A stretch of 64,000 nucleotides of DNA. It comes from an uncultured Chloroflexia bacterium (GTDB lineage: Bacteria; Chloroflexota; Anaerolineae; Anaerolineales; Anaerolineaceae). The notes below the pieces were generated by a model. It ran no database searches and had not been told where the DNA came from. It was given only the letters and a program-made list of their open reading frames with translations. The position numbers were made by a program, and so were the translations under genes. Where the stretch lies: assembly GCA_963841805.1 (NCBI GenBank), contig CAWJEB010000006.1, forward strand, positions 17,480 to 81,479, in the 5' to 3' direction. Positions 31,572-41,147 of the stretch are shown one piece after another (position 1 is the stretch's first letter; every line of letters begins with the position of its first letter).

Positions 31572-33816
31572 TCCCCGCCCGGCGCAAAGGGAAATTCTTA
31601 AATACAAAGGCGGCAGGATGGGTATTGCGGCCGTTCCGGGCAGCGGAAAAACACACACCCTCTCCGCCCTGGCAGCGCAGATCATACGTGATATCACACT
31701 GGAAGATGACCAGGAAGTGCTGGTGGTTACGCTCGTCAATTCCGCAGTGGAAAATTTCAATCAGCGGGTCGAGGGTTTCCTGGAGGATACGGAAAGCCTG
31801 CCAGGTTTTCAATACCGGGTAAGAACACTGCATGGACTCGCAAACGATATCATCCGCGAGCGGCCATCCATCACCGGACTGGCAAGCGACTATACCATCC
31901 TGGATGAACGGGAATCCACGCAGATCATCACCCAGGCAGTCACATCATGGTATAAGACCCACATCAATGAAATTGAGAATTACCTGGACCTCAGTATGGC
32001 AGAATCATATCTGTGGAAGATCCGCAAAGACCAACTGCCAACCCTGCTGCGCGATATTGCCATGGCATTCATCAGAACAGTGAAGGATAAACAGCTCACA
32101 GAGGAAGAGGTGAGAAAAATTGGGGATGATATAGCGAATTTGCCGGAATACCATCTTTTGTTCATGTGCAGCCGCATCTACCAGGATTATGAACGTGCCT
32201 TGCATTACCGCGGCGCCGTGGATTTTGATGACCTGATCCGGTTGGCGCTGGTCTCTCTTCGTACGGATGCGCAACTGTTACAACGTCTGAGGCAACGCTG
32301 GCCGTATATTCTGGAGGACGAAGCGCAGGATAGCAGCCGCCTGCAGCAGGAGATACTGGAACTGCTGGCCGGGAAAGATGGCAATTGGGTACGGGTGGGC
32401 GACCCCAATCAGGCCATTTATGCCACCTTTACCACTGCCAATCCGCAATATCTGAGAGACTTCATTCACGCTGACCCATCGGTGACTGCCCGCAACCTGC
32501 CCAACAGCGGCCGTTCCACCGAAACCATCATTGACCTGGCGAACCACCTCATCGAATGGACTCGCGCTGATCACCCCATCCCAAAGGTGCGAGATGCTCT
32601 GGACCTGCCATTGATCAGTCCGGTTCCAGAAGGAGATGCCAACCCCAACCCCCCGGATACCGCCTCCCTGCTCTATATCCACGATAGGAAGATCAAACCC
32701 GAAGAAGAACTGAGGGATATCGCAATTTCGCTTGAAAAATGGCTGCCCAAAAACAAAGAAAAGACTGTGGCTGTGCTGTGCGCCATGAACAAACATCTGG
32801 AGAACCTGGCAGAGATCCTTAAAGCGAAAAATATCGCATATGTGGAATTGCTTCGTTCAACATCGGCTTCCCGTAAGGCAGCCAGCCGGTTGGATGCTGT
32901 CATCAAATTTATCAATTCTCCCCGAACCAGCAGCATGCTTTCAGGAGCATTCAAAGCCTGGCGGCAAGCCACTCTCAACTCGGAAGAGCTGACTGCAGCG
33001 GATGAAGATGCGTCCACGCTGCTATCAAAATGCACCCGCACCGAAGATTACCTCTACCCCAAAATGCAGGATTGGTTGGCGGATCAAGATCTGGATGAAC
33101 GCCCGCAGGTTGAAAATTTGTTGAATGAATTCCGTGGGGTCGCTCAGACCTGGCTGAATGCATCCAGCTTGCCCATTGATGAGTTGATCCTCTTTCTCAG
33201 CCAGGAATTATTTGTGGACATCGGCGATCTGGCTGTTGCCCATAAGATCGCAGCTATCATGCGCGCATCTGCGAATATCCATCCTGAATGGCGTCTGGCA
33301 GATTTCGCGCAGGAAGTGGCTGAATTCTGCAGCCATACCCGTAAATTTACCGGCTTCAGCAATGAGGATGAAGGCTTCGACCCGACCCAGCATAAAGGCA
33401 AGGTTGTGCTGGCCACCATCCACAAAGCCAAAGGCCTGGAATGGGACCGTGTGTATCTGACAGCCGTAAATAACTACGATTTTCCTTCCGGGGCTTATGA
33501 AGATGAATACCACTCTGAACGCTGGTTCTTGAAGAATAGGTTGAATCTCCAGGCGGAAGTCCTATCCCAACTGGAATTAATTTTGAGCGGAGATTCGAGT
33601 AAATATATTGAAGGGGATGCCACCACTGCGGACAGATTGCATTATATTGCTGAAAGGCTGCGCCTGCTTTTCGTTGGCATCACTCGCGCCCGTATGGAAT
33701 TATGGTTTTCGTGGAACTCAGGAATGCGGGAGAAAGCCACAGAAGCGCTTGCCCTGACCGAGATCAAAGATTACATTGCTTTCAATCATACGTTGCCAAA
33801 CCGGAGGGAAAATTGA
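31564..33816 (+). CDS. UvrD/Rep/AddA-type SF1 DNA helicase
   Basis: AAVPGSGKTHTL, TLHGLAN, ILEDEAQDSS, VGDPNQAIY, TIHKAKGLEWDRVYL, VGITRARMEL. The ATG overlaps the upstream stop by 8 nt. Confidence 0.85.
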   Translation: MFNPRPAQREILKYKGGRMGIAAVPGSGKTHTLSALAAQIIRDITLEDDQEVLVVTLVNSAVENFNQRVEGFLEDTESLPGFQYRVRTLHGLANDIIRERPSITGLASDYTILDERESTQIITQAVTSWYKTHINEIENYLDLSMAESYLWKIRKDQLPTLLRDIAMAFIRTVKDKQLTEEEVRKIGDDIANLPEYHLLFMCSRIYQDYERALHYRGAVDFDDLIRLALVSLRTDAQLLQRLRQRWPYILEDEAQDSSRLQQEILELLAGKDGNWVRVGDPNQAIYATFTTANPQYLRDFIHADPSVTARNLPNSGRSTETIIDLANHLIEWTRADHPIPKVRDALDLPLISPVPEGDANPNPPDTASLLYIHDRKIKPEEELRDIAISLEKWLPKNKEKTVAVLCAMNKHLENLAEILKAKNIAYVELLRSTSASRKAASRLDAVIKFINSPRTSSMLSGAFKAWRQATLNSEELTAADEDASTLLSKCTRTEDYLYPKMQDWLADQDLDERPQVENLLNEFRGVAQTWLNASSLPIDELILFLSQELFVDIGDLAVAHKIAAIMRASANIHPEWRLADFAQEVAEFCSHTRKFTGFSNEDEGFDPTQHKGKVVLATIHKAKGLEWDRVYLTAVNNYDFPSGAYEDEYHSERWFLKNRLNLQAEVLSQLELILSGDSSKYIEGDATTADRLHYIAERLRLLFVGITRARMELWFSWNSGMREKATEALALTEIKDYIAFNHTLPNRREN

Positions 33817-34658
33817 TCAGCCCGGATTTTGTATTCAGCCAAAACTCCCTGCAGGACTTTTTGGATTGTCCCCGCCGCTTTCAATTGCGTCACATGCTGC
33901 ACATGGCATGGCCCGCGGCAGAAACGGATGATCAGGCTGCTTACGAACACCAACAGCAGCAAGGTCAAAACTTTCACCGCAGCGTGCAGCAATACTATTC
34001 CGGCATTCCCGTGGAAGTCATTTCAGCATCCATCCAGGATGAATTGTTACAAAACTGGTGGGATCATTTTCTTGTCAGCGCAGCGAAGTTTCCCTGGTCG
34101 CAATGGCTCGCCGCCGGGGAATCGAGCCTTACCCTGCTCCCTGAATTTTCCCTCAGCGCCAGAATGGGCGATCACAGGGTCATGGCAAAATATGACCTGA
34201 TCGCAGCCCTTGCCGGCAAACAATTTTGGATCTACGATTGGAAAACCAGTTTGAGTGTCCCCCCACACGAAAAAATGGAACAGCGCATTCAGACCCGCTT
34301 GTATTCATGGACACTGGCCAAAGCCGGTACACGCGTCAACAACGGCTCCTCCATCCCACCGGAACAAATTTTATTAACTTATTGGTATGCGCAGAAACCT
34401 GGCAAAGTCCTGCTCTTCCCATACACAGCGGAACAATTTACTGACGATGAACGCGATCTCGGCAACCTGATGGATTATATTGCAGGTCTGGAAGACGATG
34501 GTTTCAAACTCACTGAAGATGCACGGCAATGCCGGTTTTGCCCTTACCGCACTTATTGTGAACGCGGATTTGCTCCTGGCGTGTTGTCCGACCTGGAAGA
34601 TGATGACGTTTCGTTTTCCATCCCAACGTGGGATGATGTTGACCTCCCGGACCTATAA
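33813..34658 (+). CDS. PD-(D/E)XK nuclease, Cas4/AddB-type with four-Cys cluster
   Basis: TTG 33813 follows GGAGGG and overlaps the helicase TGA. N-terminal Cys in FLDCPRRFQL, core YDLIA...IYDWKT, C-terminal CRFCPYRTYC. Confidence 0.7.
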   Translation: MISPDFVFSQNSLQDFLDCPRRFQLRHMLHMAWPAAETDDQAAYEHQQQQGQNFHRSVQQYYSGIPVEVISASIQDELLQNWWDHFLVSAAKFPWSQWLAAGESSLTLLPEFSLSARMGDHRVMAKYDLIAALAGKQFWIYDWKTSLSVPPHEKMEQRIQTRLYSWTLAKAGTRVNNGSSIPPEQILLTYWYAQKPGKVLLFPYTAEQFTDDERDLGNLMDYIAGLEDDGFKLTEDARQCRFCPYRTYCERGFAPGVLSDLEDDDVSFSIPTWDDVDLPDL

Positions 34659-36985
34659 TGATTAATCTCTCTCAACGTCTCTGGTTGGATCCTTTTCCGG
34701 TAGAACCGAGCCTGGAATTGATCAAACTTACCAACGGCAGCCGGCTTGCCGCGGAATTGCTTACCCGGCGTGGTATTAACGATCCGGTACAGGCAAAGTG
34801 TTTTCTTTTTCCTGAATACTACACACCAGCTCCGCCGACAGATTTTCCGGGCATGGAAGAAGCTGCAGCTTGCATCCTGGATGCCATTCGCAAGGGGAAG
34901 GAGATCTGCGTCTGGGGAGATTTTGATGTGGACGGGCAGACATCCACGACTATCCTTGTTTCCGCCCTGCGAAAACTCAACGCCAGAGTCAGGCATTACA
35001 TCCCAAATCGGGAAATGGAATCGCATGGCGTTCACCTTGAGCCGCTGAAAAACCTGATCGAAAGCGGTATACAGCTTCTGCTTACCTGTGACACCGGCAT
35101 CACCGCCGTGGAAGAAACTGCTTGGGCAAGGACTCATGGGGTGGATGTTGTCATCACCGATCATCACGAATTGCCAGATGCCCTGCCGAAGGCCAATGCC
35201 ATTATTAATCCAAGACTGCTGCCTCCTGAACATCCACTCTATCCGCTGCCGGGTTGCGGCGTGGCTTACAAATTGGCTGAAGAACTTCTGACGCGCGCCG
35301 GAATGCCGGAATTTGCACAAGGTTTTCTAGACCTTGCTGCACTCGGTATCGTGGCGGATGTCGCCGAGCTGTGCGGCGAAGCCCGTTACCTGTTGCAATT
35401 GGGATTGAATTCCCTGCGGGATACCCAACGGGTAGGACTGAAAAGATTGTACGCGTCAGCCAAAATCGATGCTTCTGAAATGAACGAGCAAACCATCAGT
35501 TTTGCACTTTCTCCGCGGCTGAATGCCCTGGGCCGCCTGGATGATGCCAACCCGATCGTGGACTTTTTCACGACCACATCCAACACGGATGCTGTCGTTT
35601 TTGCTGGCAAATTGGAAGGGCTAAATGAGCAGCGCAGGATGGCTTGCGATCAAGTTTACAAAGGTGCAATGGCGCAGATCGAAGCAGAACCGGTGTTATT
35701 AAATACCACAGCCCTGGTTCTTTCTCATCCCGATTGGCCAGCCGGGGTGATCGGTATCGCAGCCAACCGTCTGGTGGATCGATATCATCGTCCCGTGATC
35801 CTTTTCAATGCTCCGGTGGATGGTATAGCGAGAGGGTCTGCACGCTCCATACCCGGCATCAATATCACTGAAGCAATAAAAAGCCAGAATGTCAAACTCA
35901 GTGGTTTCGGTGGACATCCCATGGCAGCCGGGTTAAGCCTGCCTGCCAACCTCGTACCCGATTTTAGGCAATCGCTATCCTATACCATTCGGGAAATGAC
36001 AGCGGGTGTCGATCTGACAGAAACCCTGAGCCTGGATGCAATCCTGCCATTGGTTTCTGTTACCCATGAAACCATCGCGGAGATGAATTTATTGTCACCA
36101 TTCGGCAACGGCAATCCAGCCCCGGTATTGATGAGCCCAAGCCACAGAGTAGTGGATTCAATACCGATCGGTGGCGGCAAAGACCATATAAAGATAATTG
36201 TGGAAGATTTGAATGGGAAACAGTTTGTAGTTTTGCGTTGGAATGGGGCTGACCTGCCAATCCCTGAAGGAACCTTTGACCTGGCCTATAATGCCCGCAC
36301 ATCCAGTTATAAAGGTGAGCCCCAAATCAATTTTGAGTGGGTCGATTCCCGCCCGACTTTGAACGAGAAGAAAAAATTTGCATCGCGAAATAAACTTCAA
36401 GTCGATGATCTGCGTGGAAAAGATCCCATCCCTCTTCTATCTGAGTTGATGGCACAACCGGACACAATAGTCTGGGGAGAAGGTTTTACCCTACCGGGTG
36501 TAAAGCTGCTGAACCGCACCGAGCTTAGGAAAGCGGATAATCTGATCATTGCTTTCAACCCACCTGGCGCTGAAGCGATCAAAGAAGCCATATCCAAAGT
36601 AAGACCAGGCAAGGTCATTTTACTTTCCTGTTTCAGATCCATTGATGATGCTGACCAACTTTTGCAAAACCTGATGATGACAGTTAAACACAATTCCGTT
36701 GACGATGTGTTTTCAACTTCATTGCAGTCCCTTGCAGGGTTAACTGGTCAACGGTCAGAGGTGATCCACCATGCTTTGGAGGTTTTTGCCTTGGCCGGTC
36801 AATTACTCCTGGAAAAAGGAAATGGATCTACAGTTGTCATCCGTAGGGGCAATGGCATACCTGATGGCGACACTAACGCTGCGATGAAACGTCTGAAGGC
36901 AGCACAGGTAGAGACGGTGGCTTTCCAACGGCATTTTGCATCAGCTCCACTCGAAGATTTGCGGCGGGATTATTTCAAGGAGTAA
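34658..36985 (+). CDS. recJ: Single-stranded-DNA-specific exonuclease RecJ (long form, 775 aa)
   Basis: DHH motifs VWGDFDVDGQTS, LLLTCDTG, VVITDHH; DHHA1 motif GGHPMAAG. The ATG overlaps the upstream TAA (TAATG). Confidence 0.9.
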   Translation: MINLSQRLWLDPFPVEPSLELIKLTNGSRLAAELLTRRGINDPVQAKCFLFPEYYTPAPPTDFPGMEEAAACILDAIRKGKEICVWGDFDVDGQTSTTILVSALRKLNARVRHYIPNREMESHGVHLEPLKNLIESGIQLLLTCDTGITAVEETAWARTHGVDVVITDHHELPDALPKANAIINPRLLPPEHPLYPLPGCGVAYKLAEELLTRAGMPEFAQGFLDLAALGIVADVAELCGEARYLLQLGLNSLRDTQRVGLKRLYASAKIDASEMNEQTISFALSPRLNALGRLDDANPIVDFFTTTSNTDAVVFAGKLEGLNEQRRMACDQVYKGAMAQIEAEPVLLNTTALVLSHPDWPAGVIGIAANRLVDRYHRPVILFNAPVDGIARGSARSIPGINITEAIKSQNVKLSGFGGHPMAAGLSLPANLVPDFRQSLSYTIREMTAGVDLTETLSLDAILPLVSVTHETIAEMNLLSPFGNGNPAPVLMSPSHRVVDSIPIGGGKDHIKIIVEDLNGKQFVVLRWNGADLPIPEGTFDLAYNARTSSYKGEPQINFEWVDSRPTLNEKKKFASRNKLQVDDLRGKDPIPLLSELMAQPDTIVWGEGFTLPGVKLLNRTELRKADNLIIAFNPPGAEAIKEAISKVRPGKVILLSCFRSIDDADQLLQNLMMTVKHNSVDDVFSTSLQSLAGLTGQRSEVIHHALEVFALAGQLLLEKGNGSTVVIRRGNGIPDGDTNAAMKRLKAAQVETVAFQRHFASAPLEDLRRDYFKE

Positions 36986-37076
36986 GATTAAATTGACGCA
37001 ACAGAGTCAACAATGTATAATTTATGAGTTCAGGCGTGATAATGTTCGTCAATTCCTGGCCGGAAGAAGGCAATAA

Positions 37077-37892
37077 ATGGCATTACAGGGGAATTTGCGT
37101 GATTTTTCGATCACGCAATTACTCAACTTGATCAACCTGGCCTGTAAAACAGGCATGCTGGTCATTGAAGGTCCTGTGGAGGTAGCACAGATCACCTTCC
37201 GTGATGGCAAGCTTTCGTTTGCCCAGATAGGTCAGGAAGACAGCAACCTGCCAGCCATATTACTCCTCACAAAAAAAATCACCACCCAGCAATCCGCTTC
37301 GCTAAAAATAAGAGCCGCACAAATGACAGACAAAGAACTTGGGTTGCTATTGATCAACGCCGGCTTCTTCAGCCAGGACGTGATCCTCTCCAGCTTGCAG
37401 CAATACTATCTGGATCTGGTCAGGCGGGTATTTACCTGGGTAGAAGGTTATTTCCATTTTGAAACGGACATGATGCCGCCTGATGGCAAGATCATGGTTC
37501 GTGTTGATCTTGAGAACCTGATTATAGAGGGTTCACGTCAGCTTAAAGAAATGGTCCTCTTGCAAGAGGAGATTCCCAGCCTCGATATGGCATTGAAATT
37601 TACAGACCGACCGGGCGCGAATTTAAGGAATATCAATCTCAACGTAGAGGAATGGCGTGTGGTTTCATTCATCAACCCCAAGAATTCGATCAAACAGATC
37701 GCACGAACTACGAAGATGGATGATCTGCAGATTAGAAGGGTTGTTTACAGTCTGCTGCAGGCAGGTTTGATCGAGATCGTGCGCCCGATCAGCGCAACTT
37801 CATCATTGGGACGAAGTGTTTTCCCAACGCAGAATCGCGAGGAGCAGAGATCACTTGTGAATCGATTGATAAACAGGATTCGGTCGCTATAA
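37077..37892 (+). CDS. DUF4388 (PATAN-like) domain protein
   Basis: The N-terminus LQGNLRDFSITQLLNLINLACKTGMLVIE is the DUF4388 signature. Confidence 0.7.
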   Translation: MALQGNLRDFSITQLLNLINLACKTGMLVIEGPVEVAQITFRDGKLSFAQIGQEDSNLPAILLLTKKITTQQSASLKIRAAQMTDKELGLLLINAGFFSQDVILSSLQQYYLDLVRRVFTWVEGYFHFETDMMPPDGKIMVRVDLENLIIEGSRQLKEMVLLQEEIPSLDMALKFTDRPGANLRNINLNVEEWRVVSFINPKNSIKQIARTTKMDDLQIRRVVYSLLQAGLIEIVRPISATSSLGRSVFPTQNREEQRSLVNRLINRIRSL

Positions 37893-37915
37893 TTTTGGTA
37901 TGAGGACGATGCATT

Positions 37916-38470
37916 ATGCAAACCGTTAAAATGGTGGTTACAGGGCCCTTCAATTCAGGCAAAACAGAGCTGATCAGTTCTGTCAGTGAGATTGAAGTTG
38001 TCTCCACCGAAAAGAAAGTGTCATTGGAGAGCGAACAGATCAAAGAGACAACCACGGTCGCCATGGATTTTGGCCGGATCACGGTTGACGAAGACCTGGT
38101 TCTCTATCTATTTGGCACACCCGGCCAAAAACGGTTTGATTTTATGTGGGAGATCTTATCCGAAGGGATGCTCGGCTTTATTGTGATGGTGGATAGCACC
38201 CGGCCGGAAACATTCCGCGAAGCCCGAAGTATTCTTGAGACCTTCAGGGCATACGCCCCCACCCCATATATTGTAGCTGCCAACAAGCAGGACCGCCCGG
38301 ACGCCTGGGAGGTTGATGACATTCGCCATGCCCTGCGGCTGGACCCTGGAGTTAAACTGATGTCCTGTATCGCCATTGACAAGGAATCCGTAAAGACGGT
38401 ATTGTTGGAGCTTTTGTATAGCATTTTGATGGAAATGGATAAAGACGGTTCAAACAAGAATCAATCATAA
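37916..38470 (+). CDS. Small Ras-like GTPase of the MglA/CvnD (COG2229) type
   Basis: G1 GPFNSGKT, G2 Thr in TTVAMDFG, G3 FGTPGQ (Thr in place of Asp, as in MglA), G4 ANKQD. Confidence 0.75.
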   Translation: MQTVKMVVTGPFNSGKTELISSVSEIEVVSTEKKVSLESEQIKETTTVAMDFGRITVDEDLVLYLFGTPGQKRFDFMWEILSEGMLGFIVMVDSTRPETFREARSILETFRAYAPTPYIVAANKQDRPDAWEVDDIRHALRLDPGVKLMSCIAIDKESVKTVLLELLYSILMEMDKDGSNKNQS

Positions 38471-38501
38471 AGAATCGAATTACTAGATATAAAAAATAAA
38501 G

Positions 38502-38543
38502 CTGCACCTCAGCCTGTTGGTTTTATCCACAAGCGAGGTGCAG
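38502..38543. terminator. Hairpin between convergent genes (GTPase / NifU-like), possible bidirectional terminator
   Basis: Stem CTGCACCTC (38502-38510) / GAGGTGCAG (38535-38543), flanked by an A-run upstream and TTCTAATT downstream. The loop is long (24 nt). Confidence 0.55.
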
Positions 38544-38563
38544 TTCTAATTCGTGTAATTTAC

Positions 38564-38827
38564 TTATTCGAGCGGTGTGTCTGATTCCACGTTCTCAACT
38601 TCAGGGAAGAATTGCTTGATGGTCCCTTCCACCCAACCATGCAGGGTGTTGGGTGAGAGCGGGCACCCAAGACAGGCGCCGCCCAATCTCACCTTCACGG
38701 TTTTGCCATCATAAGATACCAACTCCACAGAACCGCCGTGGTAATGGTCAATATAATCATCCAATTGCTGGATTAACGCTTGCAAGCGCACTTCATCCGG
38801 GAAATCAGCGTTATTTGTTGTCATCAT
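38564..38827 (-). CDS. NifU-like (Nfu C-terminal domain) Fe-S cluster protein
   Basis: GGSVELVSYDGKTVKVRLGGACLGCPLS is the CxxC Nfu pattern; 87 aa. Confidence 0.8.
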   Translation of the reverse strand: MMTTNNADFPDEVRLQALIQQLDDYIDHYHGGSVELVSYDGKTVKVRLGGACLGCPLSPNTLHGWVEGTIKQFFPEVENVESDTPLE

Positions 38828-39314
38828 TCCTCCTTTTTAGAAACTCTTTTTTTCCAACCAGGTTCGAAGAGAGTAGCAGCATAATTTGTTCATTTGTGCT
38901 GGATAATCGTTCTGCGATGACAGCTGCCAGCCTTTCCATGATCATTATACCGGTTTCAGGAAAGGTTTCACACAACCTTTGCAGCTCTCGACCACGAAAG
39001 CGTAGGGTTTCGCTTGGTTGGGTGCAGATCGCCGCAGAGGTATATATTGCCCGTCCAAGCACGGATGACCAGCCGCAAATACCGCCTTCGGTCACCCTGG
39101 CGACTGTTATCTCATCACCATCGTGCGGTTTGAACAAAATGCTGATCTCACCGCTCAATACGATGTACAAAAATTCTGCGAACTGGTCCTGCTCGAATAC
39201 TTTATCTTTGAGGGCAAAGTTACATGGCACAGCCAGGCGGGTTAGTGAATCCAATTGTTCATCTGAAAGGTCATAGAATAATGCGGTTTTTATGAGTTTA
39301 TCTTTTATGATCAT
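38811..39314 (-). CDS. Cyclic-nucleotide-binding-domain protein
   Basis: Beta-barrel-like segment FEQDQFAEFLYIVLSGEISILFKPHDGDEITVARVTEGGICGWSSVLG. The assignment is moderate. The stop overlaps the NifU-like start by about 14-17 nt. Confidence 0.6.
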   Translation of the reverse strand: MIIKDKLIKTALFYDLSDEQLDSLTRLAVPCNFALKDKVFEQDQFAEFLYIVLSGEISILFKPHDGDEITVARVTEGGICGWSSVLGRAIYTSAAICTQPSETLRFRGRELQRLCETFPETGIMIMERLAAVIAERLSSTNEQIMLLLSSNLVGKKEFLKRRNDDNK

Positions 39315-39455
39315 TCTTGAAGGATACTGGATAACCTTACAATTGAGAAGTGGCAGTTATCAAGTTTATTTTGATATTCTTCTTAATCCTCGTTGTTTAC
39401 AACTTTTTGGACAATATGTCATCAAAGGTATAGAAAAATATTTTGGAGGCAATAT

Positions 39456-39851
39456 ATGGAATTAGTCATAGATTTTCCAGGTGGGGCAAAAGTGGATGCG
39501 CATTTTAGCGGATTTACAGTAAAAACAGATCAATCGCCCATGGGTGGGGGGGATGGCTCTGCACCGGCGCCTTTTGGCGTGTTCCTGGCTTCGATCGGTA
39601 CCTGTGCTGGTATATACGTCTTGGGTTTTTGCAAACAACGCGGACTGTCTGTTGATGGCATAAGGATCGTACAAAAGGTGGATTCCAATCCGATTACTGG
39701 CATGGTGGAAAATATCGGGCTTGAAATTCAGGTTCCGGAAAGTTTCCCGGCCAAGTATCATGACGCCCTGGTTCGTTCAGCCGATCAGTGCGCGGTTAAG
39801 AAACACCTTGAAAAACCGCCAAAATTCAATGTGTACACGGTTGTAAAGTAA
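39456..39851 (+). CDS. OsmC/Ohr family protein
   Basis: ATG 39456 follows GGAGG. GSAPAPFGVFLASIGTCAGIYV and SADQCAVKKHL supply the two conserved Cys. Confidence 0.75.
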   Translation: MELVIDFPGGAKVDAHFSGFTVKTDQSPMGGGDGSAPAPFGVFLASIGTCAGIYVLGFCKQRGLSVDGIRIVQKVDSNPITGMVENIGLEIQVPESFPAKYHDALVRSADQCAVKKHLEKPPKFNVYTVVK

Positions 39852-39872
39852 GATATTCTTCCCCTCTCACTG

Positions 39873-39901
39873 CCCGCTTCGAGTCGAAGCGGGTTTTTTT
39901 G
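39873..39901 (+). terminator. Rho-independent terminator after the OsmC-family gene
   Basis: CCCGCTTCG (39873-39881) / CGAAGCGGG (39885-39893) followed by a T8 run. Confidence 0.8.
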
Positions 39902-40113
39902 TCTCAACTAAGTCATCTGGGATACGGACATATATTTTGCCCCGGATTCCTTTTGGTATGAATGGAACTTACCTTTGAATTAAATCTTCTTTTGAACATA
40001 AATATTATTTCAGGAAACTATCCGAATTTGAGGTGTTACAAATTACAACCACAAATTTCAAATCACGTATAATTAAAGAGTAATTAATTTCTAATCTATA
40101 ACGGGAGGAAAGT

Positions 40114-40428
40114 ATGAAAACACCCGCACAATACCGCCATGATTTTTCTGAATTGGCCGCATTGGATGGAAAAAGTCTGGATGCAGATAACGCCGCAAGT
40201 TTGAAGGAAAACCTGACACAATTGGAGAACCAGATCGCATTGGATTTGCATACTTTAGGTGCCCAATACCAGGCCAGAGCGATTTCTCAACTCAACAATA
40301 CCAACTTGAAAGGCGGAAAAGGTAAGGCTGCTGCTGAAAAGAAATTGCAGGATGAACAAACCGCCCGATTGAAACCATACCAGGAAATTCTGGAGCAGGT
40401 AAAAGAACAGATCAAAAAGTTAGAGTAG
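40114..40428 (+). CDS. hypothetical coiled-coil protein (104 aa)
   Basis: GGGAGG lies upstream. Heptad-like, Lys/Glu/Gln-rich sequence with no family recognised. Confidence 0.5.
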   Translation: MKTPAQYRHDFSELAALDGKSLDADNAASLKENLTQLENQIALDLHTLGAQYQARAISQLNNTNLKGGKGKAAAEKKLQDEQTARLKPYQEILEQVKEQIKKLE

Positions 40429-40443
40429 AGGGGATTCGATAGA

Positions 40444-41130
40444 ATGCGGATATATTACATCAGGCATGCACAATCTTCCAATAATGCTCTGTTTCTGGAA
40501 ACGCACTCCCGTCAGGGGAGGCGGGCTGACCCGGCTTTAACGACTGTCGGCCGGCAGCAGGCTGAAGTGCTGGCCGGTTTTCTTCATGATAACAAGGCAG
40601 ACTTCCATGTCGATGTGATATATACCAGTTTAATGCAGCGCGCTATTCAAACCGCGATTCCTATTGCAGATAACCTGGGACTGCCGCTTTTCAGCCTTGT
40701 TGATACACACGAATCAGGTGGAGTGTATCTTGATGATGAGGAAACTCAGCAGCCGGTTGGACTTGCTGGATTGACCCGCCTGGAATTAAGCGAAAAATAT
40801 CCGCAACTGATTCTGCCGGATAGCCTGAACGATCAAGGCTGGTGGAATAGGCCGTACGAAACTTTGGAAGAACGCATTGAACGCGCCAACCGGCTTGTCT
40901 CTGACCTGATGGAAAACCACGGAGACAGGAATCATGTGGTTGCCCTCATCAGCCACCAGGGTTTCTTCAATCATTTCTTTTTCAGTCTGCTTGGTCTTGT
41001 TCGTCCATCTCGCTTCTGGTTCACGCTGAACAACGTCAGCATCACCTGCCTGGATGTGACAGGTGAGGATGTCAATGCGGTGTACATCAACCGTCTGGAT
41101 CATCTGCGCCAGGAACTGATCACCTGGTAG
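40444..41130 (+). CDS. Histidine phosphatase (phosphoglycerate-mutase-like) family protein
   Basis: N-terminal RHG-type motif IYYIRHAQS; later LISHQGF. Confidence 0.75.
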   Translation: MRIYYIRHAQSSNNALFLETHSRQGRRADPALTTVGRQQAEVLAGFLHDNKADFHVDVIYTSLMQRAIQTAIPIADNLGLPLFSLVDTHESGGVYLDDEETQQPVGLAGLTRLELSEKYPQLILPDSLNDQGWWNRPYETLEERIERANRLVSDLMENHGDRNHVVALISHQGFFNHFFFSLLGLVRPSRFWFTLNNVSITCLDVTGEDVNAVYINRLDHLRQELITW

Positions 41131-41147
41131 AGATTGGAAGGAAAACG

